The position numbers and the translations under genes were made by a program. The notes beneath the pieces were generated by a model that did no database searches, was not told where the DNA came from, and saw only the letters and a list, made by a program, of their open reading frames with translations. From an uncultured Fibrobacterota bacterium (GTDB lineage Bacteria > Fibrobacterota > Chitinivibrionia > Chitinivibrionales > FEN-1185), in the NCBI GenBank assembly GCA_963753345.1, contig CAVWBU010000016.1:128001-192000 (forward strand): a DNA stretch of 64,000 nt, given 5' to 3'. Positions 19,134 through 30,174 of this stretch are shown piece by piece (position 1 is the stretch's first letter; every line of letters begins with the position of its first letter).

Positions 19134-21591
19134 ATGGCAAAGGCCGACTGTCATGTCCACTCAAGTTTTTCCGAGCGTCCGTCCGAATGGTTCCTGCAGC
19201 GCATCGGCACCCGTGAATCGTACATAGATCCGGCCGAAGTCTACGCCGCCGCGAAGCGCGCGGGGATGGATTTCGTGACCATCACCGATCACAACGTCGT
19301 CGAGGGCGCTTTGCGCCTGCGCGACCGGCACCCAAACGACGTTTTTACCGGCATGGAGGTTACCTCCTATTTCCCGGAAGACGGCGCGAAAATTCACGTG
19401 CTGGTGTGGGGGCTGGAACCGGAACACGTTCCGGTCATTGACAGAATACGAACCAGCATATACGACCTCAGGGGATATCTGCGGGAACAGAAGCTGGCCC
19501 ACTCCGTGGCGCACCCAACGTTTTCCGTGAACGGGCTCCTCACGCTCGAACACGTGGAGCGGCTGTTTCTCCTGTTCGATCATTTCGAAAGCGCAAACGG
19601 CTCCCGAGCGCGGCTCGACGGCGAGGTACTCGCCAGGGTATTCGCGTCCCTGTCCCCGCGGCGCATCGAAGACCTGTGCGACCGCTATTGCATCGAGCAG
19701 CTCCCGGGCGAACCGTGGCGCAAAGGGCTCACCGGCGGATCGGACGATCACAGCGGACTCTTTGTCGGCTCGACCTACACGGAAGCCGACGCGCGCACGC
19801 CGCAGGAGTTTCTCTCACGCATTGCGGAAAAAAAGACGCGGGCGCAGGGCCGCCACAACGATTATCGCGGCCTGGCGTTTTCGATTTACAAAGTGGCATA
19901 CGATTTCTCCAAATCGCGCGCGCCCATCGCCGGCACGCTCATGGGGTCGATCAACGCGCTCCTGTTCGACCAAAAGCCGCTCGACCTTAAGCGCCGCATC
20001 GTGTTTGACAGAATGAAATTCTCCAAGGCGGGACGCGAAGACCCGCTCCGCAGGCTTCTTTCCCGCCTGGTGGACGATCTTCAGCAGCACCGCACCGGCT
20101 CGACCGAGGAAAAACTCGAACTCATCAGCGAGGCCATCACCGAGGCGTCGGACCTTGTCTCTGCGCGGCCTGTTTGAAAAGCTGGGCGGCGACCTGACCT
20201 CGGGCGACCTCATGGGCGTACTCCGACATGTCTCGAGCACGCTCCCCGGCGTCTTCCTGTCCATTCCCTTCTTTACGTCGATGAGCGTCATCAGCGCATC
20301 GCGCGAGCTTCTCGACGCGCTCGCCGAATCGTACATCGGCGCGGAGCACCGGCGGGGCAAACGCATCCTGTGGTTTACCGACACCTTTCTGGAGCTTTCC
20401 GGCGTGTGCGCCACCTTGCAGGAAATGTCGCGCCTTGCCTGGGAGCGCGGCCTTGACTTGACGATTGCGACATGCCTGCCTCCTCCTTCCGAGCGCACGG
20501 CCGCGGTGCCTGCCAACGTGCTCGACCTGCCGTGCATCTTCTCGCACACGCCGGAATTCTTCAGCACCTACACCCTGAGGGTTCCGTCGGCGCTTGCGTC
20601 CATCCGCGCGTCGAGCGCGGCCGCTCCCGACGAAATTTACATTTCCACGCCGGGCCCGGTGGGCCTTGTGGGCCTGCTTGCATCCAAGCTGCTGCATATT
20701 CCCTGCACCGCGGTGTACCACACCGACTTCACGCGCCAGATGCGCCAGATCCTCGGCGACGCCACCATGTGCCGGATCACGGAGGAATTCGTCAACTGGT
20801 TCCATTCGGCCGCCGATTCCGTTGCGGTGTCCACCGACGAATACGCGGAGCTCATGGTGCAGCGCGGGATTCCGCGGTCGAAAATGCGGCGCTTCAAACG
20901 CGGCATCGATCCAAACACGTTTGCGCCCGACCCTTTTGGCACGGCGTACCTGGAAAAAACTTTCGGCATACGGGACGGCGTCACGCTGCTGCACGCGGGA
21001 CGGGTGAGCAAGGAGAAAAACCTCGATTTCCTCGCCGACGTGTACGAAGCGGTGCTTGCAAAACGGGAGGACATCAATCTGGTGATTGCGGGCAACGGGC
21101 CCTATATTGACGAATATAAAGAACGCATGGCCGCACATAAGCGCGCGCATTTTTCCGGCCGCATCGAACGTTCAACGCTGCCCCTGCTCTATTCAGGGTC
21201 CCATCTGCTCGTGTTTCCCAGCGTGACCGAAACCTTCGGCCTCGTGGTGCTCGAAGCCCAGTCGTGCGGCCTGCCGGTTCTGGTTTCCGATTTCGGCGGC
21301 CCCAAGGAAATCATCAAGGACGGCGCCACCGGCTACATTGCCGAGGCAAACAACCTTGACGACTGGGAAAAGAAGATACTTGGCGTCGCCGCCATGATCG
21401 AATCGTATCCCGATCTGTACCGGGAAATGCGGGCTGCGGCGCGCCGTCACGTGGCGCTCACCTACGACTGGAACGTTGTATTCCAGGATATTTTCTCCGC
21501 CGGCCGCCGGCCTTCGGGCGCAGCCCCGGCGCGCGACCCGTCGGCGGCGTATGCCGACATCCTTGCCGTCGGCGAAGCGGCGGCGCGCTAG
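19134..21591 (+). CDS. PHP phosphoesterase - GT4 glycosyltransferase fusion (apparent frameshift near 20155)
   Basis: N-terminal DCHVHS, ITDHN, AHP, GGSDDH; C-terminal YHTDF, GRVSKEKN, ETFGLVVLEAQSCGLPV; the two ORFs overlap. Confidence 0.85.
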
Positions 21592-21601
21592 GACGCTTTC
21601 G

Positions 21602-23344
21602 ATGCCCAATGCCCCTCCTGCGGCGGGAAAGGGCCTGCTGTACATCGCCGACTCGCTTTCGGCGTTCGCGCTTCCTTCCCGCCTGCCCCCGGGCGCAACC
21701 GTCAACTGGTCGAAAACGCCGTTTCCCCTTCTCGAACGAAACGGTCGCCTGCCGTTTACAACATGCGAAAGAATCCTGAGACGGTTCGAATCCTACTGCG
21801 GCGTGATCGCTTCGCTCGGGTTTAACGCCGTATCCGTCGACGACGTCGCGCATTTCACTGCGCAACAATGGTATCCCGACCGTCTCAAGGTAAAGATCGC
21901 CGATTACGCCGGGCTGCTCGTCCGTCTGTGTGAGGCCGCGGAACACGCCGGTCTGTCGGTGTTCGTCACGACCGACGCGAATTTTTCTTCCGGCAACAGG
22001 CGTAGGGCAGCGCCCACCGACGCCGCCTTGCTTGCCGAGGCGTGCAGAAATCTCTTTGATCGGTTTCCCGCCCTGTCTGGCGTTATTCTCCGTATCGGCG
22101 AGTGCGACGGGCTCGACGTGGACCACGAAATGCGCTCGAACCTTTCGGTCCGCACGCCTGCGCAGGCACGGTCATTCTTGCGTCATCTTTTGCCGCTCTT
22201 TGAGGAACACGGAAAAACGCTTATCGTTCGAACATGGACCGTGGGCGCGTTTCCCGTGGGCGATCTGATGTGGAACCCGGCAACCTATCACGCCGTGTTC
22301 GACGGCATGGCAAGCCCGGCGCTTGTCGTATCGCACAAGTACGGCACCACGGATTTCTTCCGTTACCTTGCGCTTAACCCGCTCATTTTCGAGGGGACGC
22401 AGCGCAAGCTGGTGGAATTCCAGGCCCGGCGGGAGTACGAGGGGTTCGGCGAATTCCCTTCCTTTGTCGGCGACTACTACGAGCGCCTCCGCCGAAAATT
22501 GACACGGTGCGAAAATTTCGCCGGGATTATGGTGTGGAGCCAGACCGGCGGGTGGTCCAGGTTCCGTTCCCTCACCTTCATGCCCGGCTCGTCGATGTAC
22601 AACGAGATAAACACGGCGGTCACGGTGTCGCTGTTTGCCAACGGCGACGGCGTTGATGCCGCGATTTCCCGGTATTGCCGGCTGCGCGCGCCGCACCTGG
22701 ACGCCGCGAAACTCCTGCGGCTCCTCCGTCTTTCGTCCCAAGTCATCGAGTCTCTGTGGTACATGCCGGAATTCTCAAAACGCTCCATTTTCTTCAGGCG
22801 GACCCGCGTGCCGCCGCTCTTGTGGGTTTTCTGGGACACGATTGTGATAAGCGCAACGCTGCGTTTGTTCGTGAGGCGGTTCGCGTCCGGCAATGGTGCG
22901 GCGAACCACACCGCGGACGCCCTTGTCAAAATTGACGAAATGCAATCCATAGCTGTGAAGATGAATCTCGACCAGAAACCTTTTGTTCTCATGCGACGGA
23001 CAATGCAGTTGCTCGGGCTGGCGCGCGAGTATTTCCTTGGCAATCCAACCACCGTCCTTGTCGGACGGATACGGGATGAAGTTGATGCCTACAAAAGGGA
23101 TTTTCCCCGGGCGCAGCGGTTCTCCGTGGTGTGTGACTTCGGTTCCCCGCATGTCGAAACGACAATGCTATGGCTGATGTTCCGCATGCTGCCGCGCACC
23201 AGCCCGCCGTACAGGCTTTCCGACAGGCTCCTTTTCAACCGGCTTGCGGCGGTGGTTGTACCATTTGTGAAGGCATGGAACAGACGCCGCCTTCCCGCCT
23301 TTGTCCGGGAAAGGGGCATGGGGTTTGAATCGCTGTTGCGATAG
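21602..23344 (+). CDS. Uncharacterised glycoside-hydrolase-like TIM-barrel protein (GH67-like motif)
   Basis: GFNAVSVDD, ILRIGECDG, IVRTW, EFQARREYEGFG; 10 nt downstream of the GT4 gene. Confidence 0.55.
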   Translation: MPNAPPAAGKGLLYIADSLSAFALPSRLPPGATVNWSKTPFPLLERNGRLPFTTCERILRRFESYCGVIASLGFNAVSVDDVAHFTAQQWYPDRLKVKIADYAGLLVRLCEAAEHAGLSVFVTTDANFSSGNRRRAAPTDAALLAEACRNLFDRFPALSGVILRIGECDGLDVDHEMRSNLSVRTPAQARSFLRHLLPLFEEHGKTLIVRTWTVGAFPVGDLMWNPATYHAVFDGMASPALVVSHKYGTTDFFRYLALNPLIFEGTQRKLVEFQARREYEGFGEFPSFVGDYYERLRRKLTRCENFAGIMVWSQTGGWSRFRSLTFMPGSSMYNEINTAVTVSLFANGDGVDAAISRYCRLRAPHLDAAKLLRLLRLSSQVIESLWYMPEFSKRSIFFRRTRVPPLLWVFWDTIVISATLRLFVRRFASGNGAANHTADALVKIDEMQSIAVKMNLDQKPFVLMRRTMQLLGLAREYFLGNPTTVLVGRIRDEVDAYKRDFPRAQRFSVVCDFGSPHVETTMLWLMFRMLPRTSPPYRLSDRLLFNRLAAVVVPFVKAWNRRRLPAFVRERGMGFESLLR

Positions 23345-23387
23345 GAAATGGGTCTCGTTTCCAGCGATGCGGGATGATTCGCACGGT

Positions 23388-23426
23388 CTTACAAACCTCT
23401 TACGCAAAGCTAACACTTTTCTAACA
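23388..23426 (+). promoter_or_regulatory. Putative Pho-box array upstream of pyruvate kinase
   Basis: CTTACA/CTTACG/CTAACA/CTAACA at 23388, 23399, 23410, 23421. Confidence 0.78.
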
Positions 23427-23493
23427 AGCGAATTCTATATAGATTGAAACAGTCCCGCAGATGGCAAACACGCCCTATTATTACCACTCTGTA

Positions 23494-23544
23494 TTGAAGA
23501 ACCCCGCGCCAAGTCGCGGGGATTGCGCGGGCTGTGGCATTCAA
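23494..23544 (+). mobile_element. 51-bp IS200/IS605-type miniature element (short form)
   Basis: TTGAAGAACCCCGCGCCAAGTCGCGGGGATTGCGCGGGCTGTGGCATTCAA; matches both ends of 50125..50238. Confidence 0.65.
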
Positions 23545-23556
23545 GAAATAACGTTC

Positions 23557-25530
23557 ATGAAACCAAAGTCTTTGCCCGTCCAGAACATGAAACCCGCATC
23601 GGATCCCCTTGCAGGAGCCATGACGATGGACAACCTCCTGCGTTCCCTAAGGCATATGAGGGCCGATCTCCTTTCAATCAATGACCGTTTTGCCCAGGTC
23701 GTGGAAAGGCTTCACCCTACCTACCGCGATAGCGCTAGGAACCTTCTCGGGTACCTGTCTCTTCGCCGGCACGACATCCGCGAAATCCAGGACACGCTCG
23801 CCGGACTCGGGCTTTCGTCGATGGGCCGAGCCGAAGCGCACGTGCTTGCAACCCTCAATTCGGTGATCCGCACGGTGTGCTCACTTGCCCGAAGACGGTG
23901 GACTGAGCATCCGTCACTAAAGGTGCAGATCACCCGCGAACGGGGCAGGCAGATTCTCCGCGAGCACACCGAGGCGCTGCTCGGCCCGGCGCCCACTGGA
24001 CGGTCGACCAGGATCATGGTGACCATGCCGTCGGAAGCCGCCGGCGATTACGGCCTTGTCAAGAGCCTCGTGTCACACGGCATGAACTGCATGCGGATCA
24101 ACTGTGCGCACGACCACGAGGCCGGCTGGCAGGCGATGATTGACAACCTCAGGCGCGCACAGCGCGAGACCGGGATGGTCTGCCGCGTGCTTATGGACCT
24201 TGCCGGTCCCAAGTTGCGCACGGGTCCGCTTGCGGCCGGGCCCAAAGTAGTCAAATGGCGGCCCAGGCGCGATGCGCTCGGAAAAGTGACGGCGCCTGCC
24301 CGCATCTGGCTCAAGACCATTGACGGACAGGAACCCTCCCTCGCCGGTCTCGATGCAGTGCTTGCCGTTAACGAAAAATGGCTTTCCCGCATCAAAAAAG
24401 GCGACACCATAGTCTTCACCGATTCGCGCAAGGCCGAGCGGCGTATGAAGGCAGTGCTCTCCGGCAACGGCGGGTGGCTTTGCGAAAGCGAACTCACGTC
24501 GTATGTCACCGAGCGGGTCGTTTTCACCATCAAGCGCGAGGCCAGGGCCGCGCAGGCCTGGACGCGCGTGGTGCTGGAGAACGTGCCCGAAAACGCGGCA
24601 CCTCTTATTCTGCAACGCGGCGACACGCTCGTGGTCACTCCGGACAGCGAACCGGGCAGGCCCGCAATCACCGATGCGCGCGGCAGGGTGATCTCCCCCG
24701 CCGCCATCGGGTGCACGCTTCCCGCGGTTTTCTCAGACGTCAAGGTCGGCCACCGGATATGGTTCGACGACGGCAAGATCGGCGGCGTGGTGAAGAAGCG
24801 CGCGCCGGGCAGACTTTTTGTCGAAATCGTTCATGCGCGGCCAAAAGGGGAACGGCTGCGCAGCGAAAAGGGCATCAACCTTCCTGACACCACCCTCAGA
24901 ACCTCGGCGCTCACGGGAAAAGACCTGAGCGACCTTGCCTTTGCCGCCCGCCATGCCGACATGGTGGGAATGTCGTTTGTCCAGCGAATCTCTGATGTCA
25001 AGCTGCTCCAGGAACACCTCGCCGCGGAGGGCGGCGGTCACATCGGCATGGTGCTCAAGGTGGAGACGCAGAAAGGATTCAGCCAGCTTCCCGACCTTCT
25101 GCTCGCGGCGATGCGCAGCGAAAAAGTGGGCGTGATGATCGCGCGCGGCGACCTTGCCGTGGAATGCGGCTGGGAGCGTCTCGCCGAGATACAGGAAGAG
25201 ATCCTCTGGATCTGCGAGGCCGCGCACGTGCCCGTGGTGTGGGCAACGCAGGTTCTGGAGACCGTCGCAAAAGACGGAGTTCCCTCGCGCGCAGAGATCA
25301 CCGATGCAGCCATGGGCCAGCGCGCCGAATGCGTCATGCTCAACAAGGGTCCGCACATCCTCGAAGCGATCCGCATCCTTGACGACATCATGCGCCGCAT
25401 GCAGTCGCACCAGCGCAAGAAACGCACGCTCCTGCGCCGCCTCAGTTTCTGGTCGAGCCCCAAGCGGCACCTTGCCTCGCTCCAGTCCCTGCCGGGCGGG
25501 TATGCGTCGCCGCTGCAGTTGCATTGGTAA
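23557..25530 (+). CDS. pyk: Pyruvate kinase, long atypical form
   Basis: RIMVTMP, RINCAH, DLAGPKLRT, KGINLP, LKVET, MIARGDL, WATQVLE, PSRAEITD, CVML; no C-terminal regulatory domain. Confidence 0.9.
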   Translation: MKPKSLPVQNMKPASDPLAGAMTMDNLLRSLRHMRADLLSINDRFAQVVERLHPTYRDSARNLLGYLSLRRHDIREIQDTLAGLGLSSMGRAEAHVLATLNSVIRTVCSLARRRWTEHPSLKVQITRERGRQILREHTEALLGPAPTGRSTRIMVTMPSEAAGDYGLVKSLVSHGMNCMRINCAHDHEAGWQAMIDNLRRAQRETGMVCRVLMDLAGPKLRTGPLAAGPKVVKWRPRRDALGKVTAPARIWLKTIDGQEPSLAGLDAVLAVNEKWLSRIKKGDTIVFTDSRKAERRMKAVLSGNGGWLCESELTSYVTERVVFTIKREARAAQAWTRVVLENVPENAAPLILQRGDTLVVTPDSEPGRPAITDARGRVISPAAIGCTLPAVFSDVKVGHRIWFDDGKIGGVVKKRAPGRLFVEIVHARPKGERLRSEKGINLPDTTLRTSALTGKDLSDLAFAARHADMVGMSFVQRISDVKLLQEHLAAEGGGHIGMVLKVETQKGFSQLPDLLLAAMRSEKVGVMIARGDLAVECGWERLAEIQEEILWICEAAHVPVVWATQVLETVAKDGVPSRAEITDAAMGQRAECVMLNKGPHILEAIRILDDIMRRMQSHQRKKRTLLRRLSFWSSPKRHLASLQSLPGGYASPLQLHW

Positions 25531-25953
25531 AGCACCACGCGAAAACGTAATCCGCAGCCTGTGGATAACTCCAACCGGAAAAACAACGGCGCCGGTGTAG
25601 CAGCCGGCGCCGTCTCCTCCGCATGTTTCCATGCGGACTAAGCCCCATCGTTTTCCCTGCTCGCCTTGGCTGGAACACTGCATCCTCGGTGGAACGGCGG
25701 CAGGAGGCGGGAAACACTAAAGAAAATGCCGCCGTTGTGTTAGGAAACAATGACTTTCGGGTTTGAATTTCATAAGACATTTGCTGAGTTCCGCCGCAAA
25801 CACTTTCTTCGGCATAACGGAGATATCCACTCTTCCAATTATCCTTGCGCCCGATGCAGGCATGAATTGATTTCTGGCAGATTCTTCCCGGTTTGTCGGC
25901 CGGCGATCATTGCAACTTGTGATGGAAAACTCGTCAAAAAAAGGATCGAATCC

Positions 25954-26401
25954 ATGAGCGTCACCGCTGCAGAAGCAGTCGGTTATATCGAGAAATCATC
26001 GTATGCGCTGCTGGTGACCGTAGGGGAAGACAACAAGCCTTCCGTACGGGAGATAGGTCCCTTTGCAAATAGCGGCCTTGACATCTATTTTGTGACGCGC
26101 ATTGATTCGCAGAAAGTCAAGCATATCACCGTCAATCCCTTTATCACGCTTTACTTTCCGAATACGAATCAGGCTTACAAAGGAATTCAGGAGCATTGCC
26201 ATTTCCGGAAAAGCCGCGCGTGTTCCTGAGGGAGATGAATTTAACGAAGTTCTGGATAAAATTGGTCGGAAATCGCCCGGCTATAGGAACTATATCCTCA
26301 ACGGGGGATTCGGCATTTGGACGGTGTACAAAATGACAGCCCAATCGTTACAATCCACCGACTATTCAAAATCAACCAGAACGGTTAAGGAAGAGGTATA
26401 A
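25954..26401 (+). CDS. Pyridoxamine 5'-phosphate oxidase family protein (frameshift near 26175)
   Basis: LVTVGEDNKPSVR, IYFVT..SQKV.HI..NP, continuing in another frame as SIAISGKA. Confidence 0.75.
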
Positions 26402-26478
26402 TTTTGCGCTTGGCAATGGTGAAGATTGCATAGTAGCCACCCACCGGACATTGCCTCAAGAACAATGGAGGAACATAC

Positions 26479-28648
26479 ATGAATCCATTTCCAAACTTAA
26501 AAAATGCGCTTTGGGCTGCCTTCATGGTCATGACCATCAGCATTCCGTCATCAAGCGTGATCCTGCCCTCCGACCGCGCCACTGCGTGGAATCCCGGGCT
26601 TATGTCGGTCGGCGGCATCCCGAACCGCACGGCCATTTACACGACCCTGCAGGCTTCCGCCTACGGCGATGGCGCACAGGATGCAAGTGCCGGCATTCAA
26701 GCCGCCATCGATGCCTGTCCTGCCGGTCAAGTGGTAAAACTCTCGGCAGGAACGTTTACCGTGAACAACTACCTTCTTGTCAACAAAGGCATCACACTCC
26801 GCGGGGCCGGACCCGACAGTACAATATTGCAGAAGACCAATGGTGCTAAACCGCGCACGTCACCCATGCAGCCGGTGGATCCGAGCTCTTATTCCTATGA
26901 CCCACAACCTGTAATCATAATAGGCCCCAACCGTTGGCCGAAAGTTGACGAAACCACTTCGCAAAATCTTGCCGCAGACGGCAGCCAGGGCGCAAATTCC
27001 GTAACGTTGGCAAATGCCACCGGGTTCTCGGCAGGCCAATTCGTATTGCTTGACGAGCTTTCCGGCGCCTCGTGGCAAAACACTCCCACGGGTTTTCCCT
27101 CCAACGCGAAGGTTTGGCAGGGTGACCGCGTTGCCTGGAACATGCATTTGCCAATGCAGCAGTGGCAGGATGACAACAGTTATTCGGATGCAACCGGGCC
27201 TTACGACTTGAACGGAACCACCAGGACTCTGCCCAATGCAATGTCATGGTTCTCTCGGACCGACCGGCCCACGTGCGAAATAAAGGAAATTGCCTCTGTA
27301 AACGGGAACGCCGTCACCTTCACGACGCCCCTGCATATTTCCTACCGGACAAGCCATACCGCCCAGCTTACCCGGTACACCGGCGACAATGTTCATGTCA
27401 AGAATGCGGGCGTCGAAGACGTTACCGTTCTCGGCGGCGCGGACGGCCAGGTCCGGTTCGAAGCCGCCGCCTATTGCTGGGCCAGAAACATCGAGAATAC
27501 GCAATGGATCGGTGAGGGTTTTGCGGTCAACAACTCATTTCGCATAGAGATTCGCGACTCCTACATTCATGACGGTTCATGGCCTGAGCCGGGAGGCGCC
27601 GGTTATGCCATCAGTTTCGCGGACGCGGCTTCCGAAATCCTTGTGGAAAACAATATCAGCATCAACACGTGTAAAGTTATGGTTGTCCGCTCCTGCGGAG
27701 CCGGCAGCGTGTTCGGCTATAATTATACCGATGACAGCCTGGGATTTCGACACCCCGACCTGGGTTGAGGTGGGCATCAATGCTTCGCATATGGCCGGAC
27801 CTCACCATGTCCTCTTCGAGGGCAACTATTCCCCCAACGCCGACAACGATTACACGCATGGAAATTCCATCTATATCACCTTCTTCCGCAATTGGCTGTC
27901 CGGGCAGCGAAGGAGCTTCACCGATGCGGGGAATGTGAGGGCCGCGGGCCTTGCTTACGGATCATGGTGGTTTTCCTTTATCGCTAATGTGCTTGGACGC
28001 CAGAACCAGATGAGCGGCTGGGTGTACGAAGATCCTGCCATGACGGGGAACAATGCCGACTGGCGGGATCAGGATATATGGAAACTTGGTTATGATCCGG
28101 AACGATGGGACATGTACGCCGATCCCCTGACGCTCTCGACCGCTATCCGCCACGGCAATTTCGACTATGTCAATAACAGCATTAAATGGGATTCTTCCAT
28201 TTCGGATCACACGCTGCCGAACTCGCTTTACCTTGCTGCAAAACCGGCATTTTTCGGCTGCCGCACCTGGCCGTGGGTGCAGCCGGAAGGGGCGACCAAG
28301 TTGTATTCCCTGCCTGCCAAAGACCGGTTTGAGGGATTGGACCCGTGTGGAAATCGGGTCAAACCCGACATGACCGGTGCGGCAAATAAACCGGGCCTGT
28401 CTCTCCGGTATGCACCCAATCAGTTCATGGGAACACTGTTCATCTCTTACACGCTCGACAAAACCGTGGAAGTCCGTTTGGCCATGTACGATTTGTCTGG
28501 CAAACTGGTAAGAAACCTTGCAAACGGAATGCAGGCGGCAGGCGCTCACAGCCTATTCTTTAAGCGCGGGAACTTGACAAGGGGTGTTTACCTGCTGCAA
28601 CTTAAGGCCGGTGACCACATGATTGCGATAAGAACTTTGGTGTTGTAG
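26479..28648 (+). CDS. Secreted beta-helix (pectate-lyase-like) protein with T9SS-like C-terminal domain (frameshift near 27740)
   Basis: GGIPNRT...IQAAIDACPAGQVV.LSAGTF, ITLRGAG, LVENN, LFEGN; tail YDLSGKLVRNL...GVYLLQL. Confidence 0.82.
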
Positions 28649-28957
28649 AAAAGGAATTGAGAAATAGCCATCAGAATGATATTAAATGCGTGACAAGAAA
28701 TATCTGTGGAGTAGGGACGGCATTTTGCGCTGCAAGTCGTGGTAGCGCCGGAAGTTTCCGAACAATTACACAAAATGTACCCCCTTCTCAATTCCTATCA
28801 CTCCCGCTTTGAGCATTATAATACCAGAACCATCCTATTTTTGAAAAACTTTTCTCAATTCCAACAATCCACTCTCCCCTTTTTCAAGAATACCAAACCA
28901 CATAATGGCCTATTCTTTGCTCTTTCTATTTCCCATCTTAGCAAAGGAGATTGCCCA

Positions 28958-29380
28958 ATGAATATCAAAAGGTATGCAGTTGCCTGTTTCGCAGTATTTA
29001 TTGTCTTAAGTCTTATTGATTTGTTATTCGATTTCCTTTTGCTTGGACCGATAAACCATTCTTTGAAGAATGTCTGGCGCCCGGACATGATACATTGGCT
29101 GGAGCCGGTCACCTATCTTTCTGGGTCAATACTGTTTGTGCTCTTATTAACGCATATACATAACGTGAAGGGTGTGTCAGGCGGCGTCCTCTACGGGCTG
29201 CTTGTCGGCCTTCTGGTAAGCGGAGTACATTCGTTCGGGCAATATGCAACCTACCCGATTCCGTTTGTCCTTGCCGTTTTGTGGTTTGTAGAGGGACTTG
29301 TTCAGTATGCAATTGCAGGGATCGTCACTGCGCTTATTTGCAGACCGAAGATACAGCACGATTCCAAAATCAAAACTTAG
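28958..29380 (+). CDS. Small four-helix membrane protein
   Basis: AAGGAG RBS; hydrophobic segments, GVLYGLLVG. Confidence 0.7.
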   Translation: MNIKRYAVACFAVFIVLSLIDLLFDFLLLGPINHSLKNVWRPDMIHWLEPVTYLSGSILFVLLLTHIHNVKGVSGGVLYGLLVGLLVSGVHSFGQYATYPIPFVLAVLWFVEGLVQYAIAGIVTALICRPKIQHDSKIKT

Positions 29381-29385
29381 AAATA

Positions 29386-30163
29386 ATGGCAACTAGCGTT
29401 CTCAACCAGTCCCATGGACGATATTTCGTCGTTGCCCTTCTCATCTGCTTTTTCCATCCTATCGCCGTCATAGCGGGACCGCCCTTTCGTACCGACGATC
29501 CGGAGCCGGTCGATTATCTTCATTGGGAGTTTTACGGTCGCTTCGCAAGTGACGAGCAATCAGGATGGAATTTCCGGAACAGCTCCTCATGTTGAAATAA
29601 ACTTCGGCATTTTCAAGGAGACGCAGATTCATCTGATTGTTCCGCTCTCCTTCAACCATCCTCGCACCGGCATTTCCACGTATGGCCCCGGAGATGTTGA
29701 AATCGGGTTAAAATACCGTTTTGTCAATGAGACACCGGTCGTTCCCCAAATCGGCGCATTCCCTTTGATTGAAATCCCTACGGGAAACGCCGCAAGAGGA
29801 TTGGGCGTCGGCAGCGTGCAGTTCTTTTTGCCGTTGTGGCTGCAGAAAAGCTGGGGACCCTGGACAACGTACGGCGGAGCCGGCTACCTGGCCGGCGTCA
29901 CCTTACCTGCGGCAAATTCATGGTTCATCGGATGGGAAGGTCAGCGCGACATTTCGGAAATCCTCACCATTGGAGCGGAGGTCTTTACCACTCTATTTCC
30001 ATTGAAAAGTTCGGAAAACGAAGTCGGCTTTGCTGTCGGCGCGATCGTGAACTTCAACGAAAACCATCACCTGCTTCTTTCTGCGGGAAGAGACATCGTT
30101 GGCACGAGCGATCTTCTTCTTTATGCCGCTTATCAGTACACCATCGGCCCGCTTCCAAAATAA
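29386..30163 (+). CDS. Outer-membrane beta-barrel transporter-like protein (frameshift near 29535)
   Basis: AGPPFRTDDPEPV..HWEFY, GDVEIGLKYRF, PTGNAARGLG, HHLLLSAGR. Confidence 0.75.
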
Positions 30164-30174
30164 TCAGGATTGAT

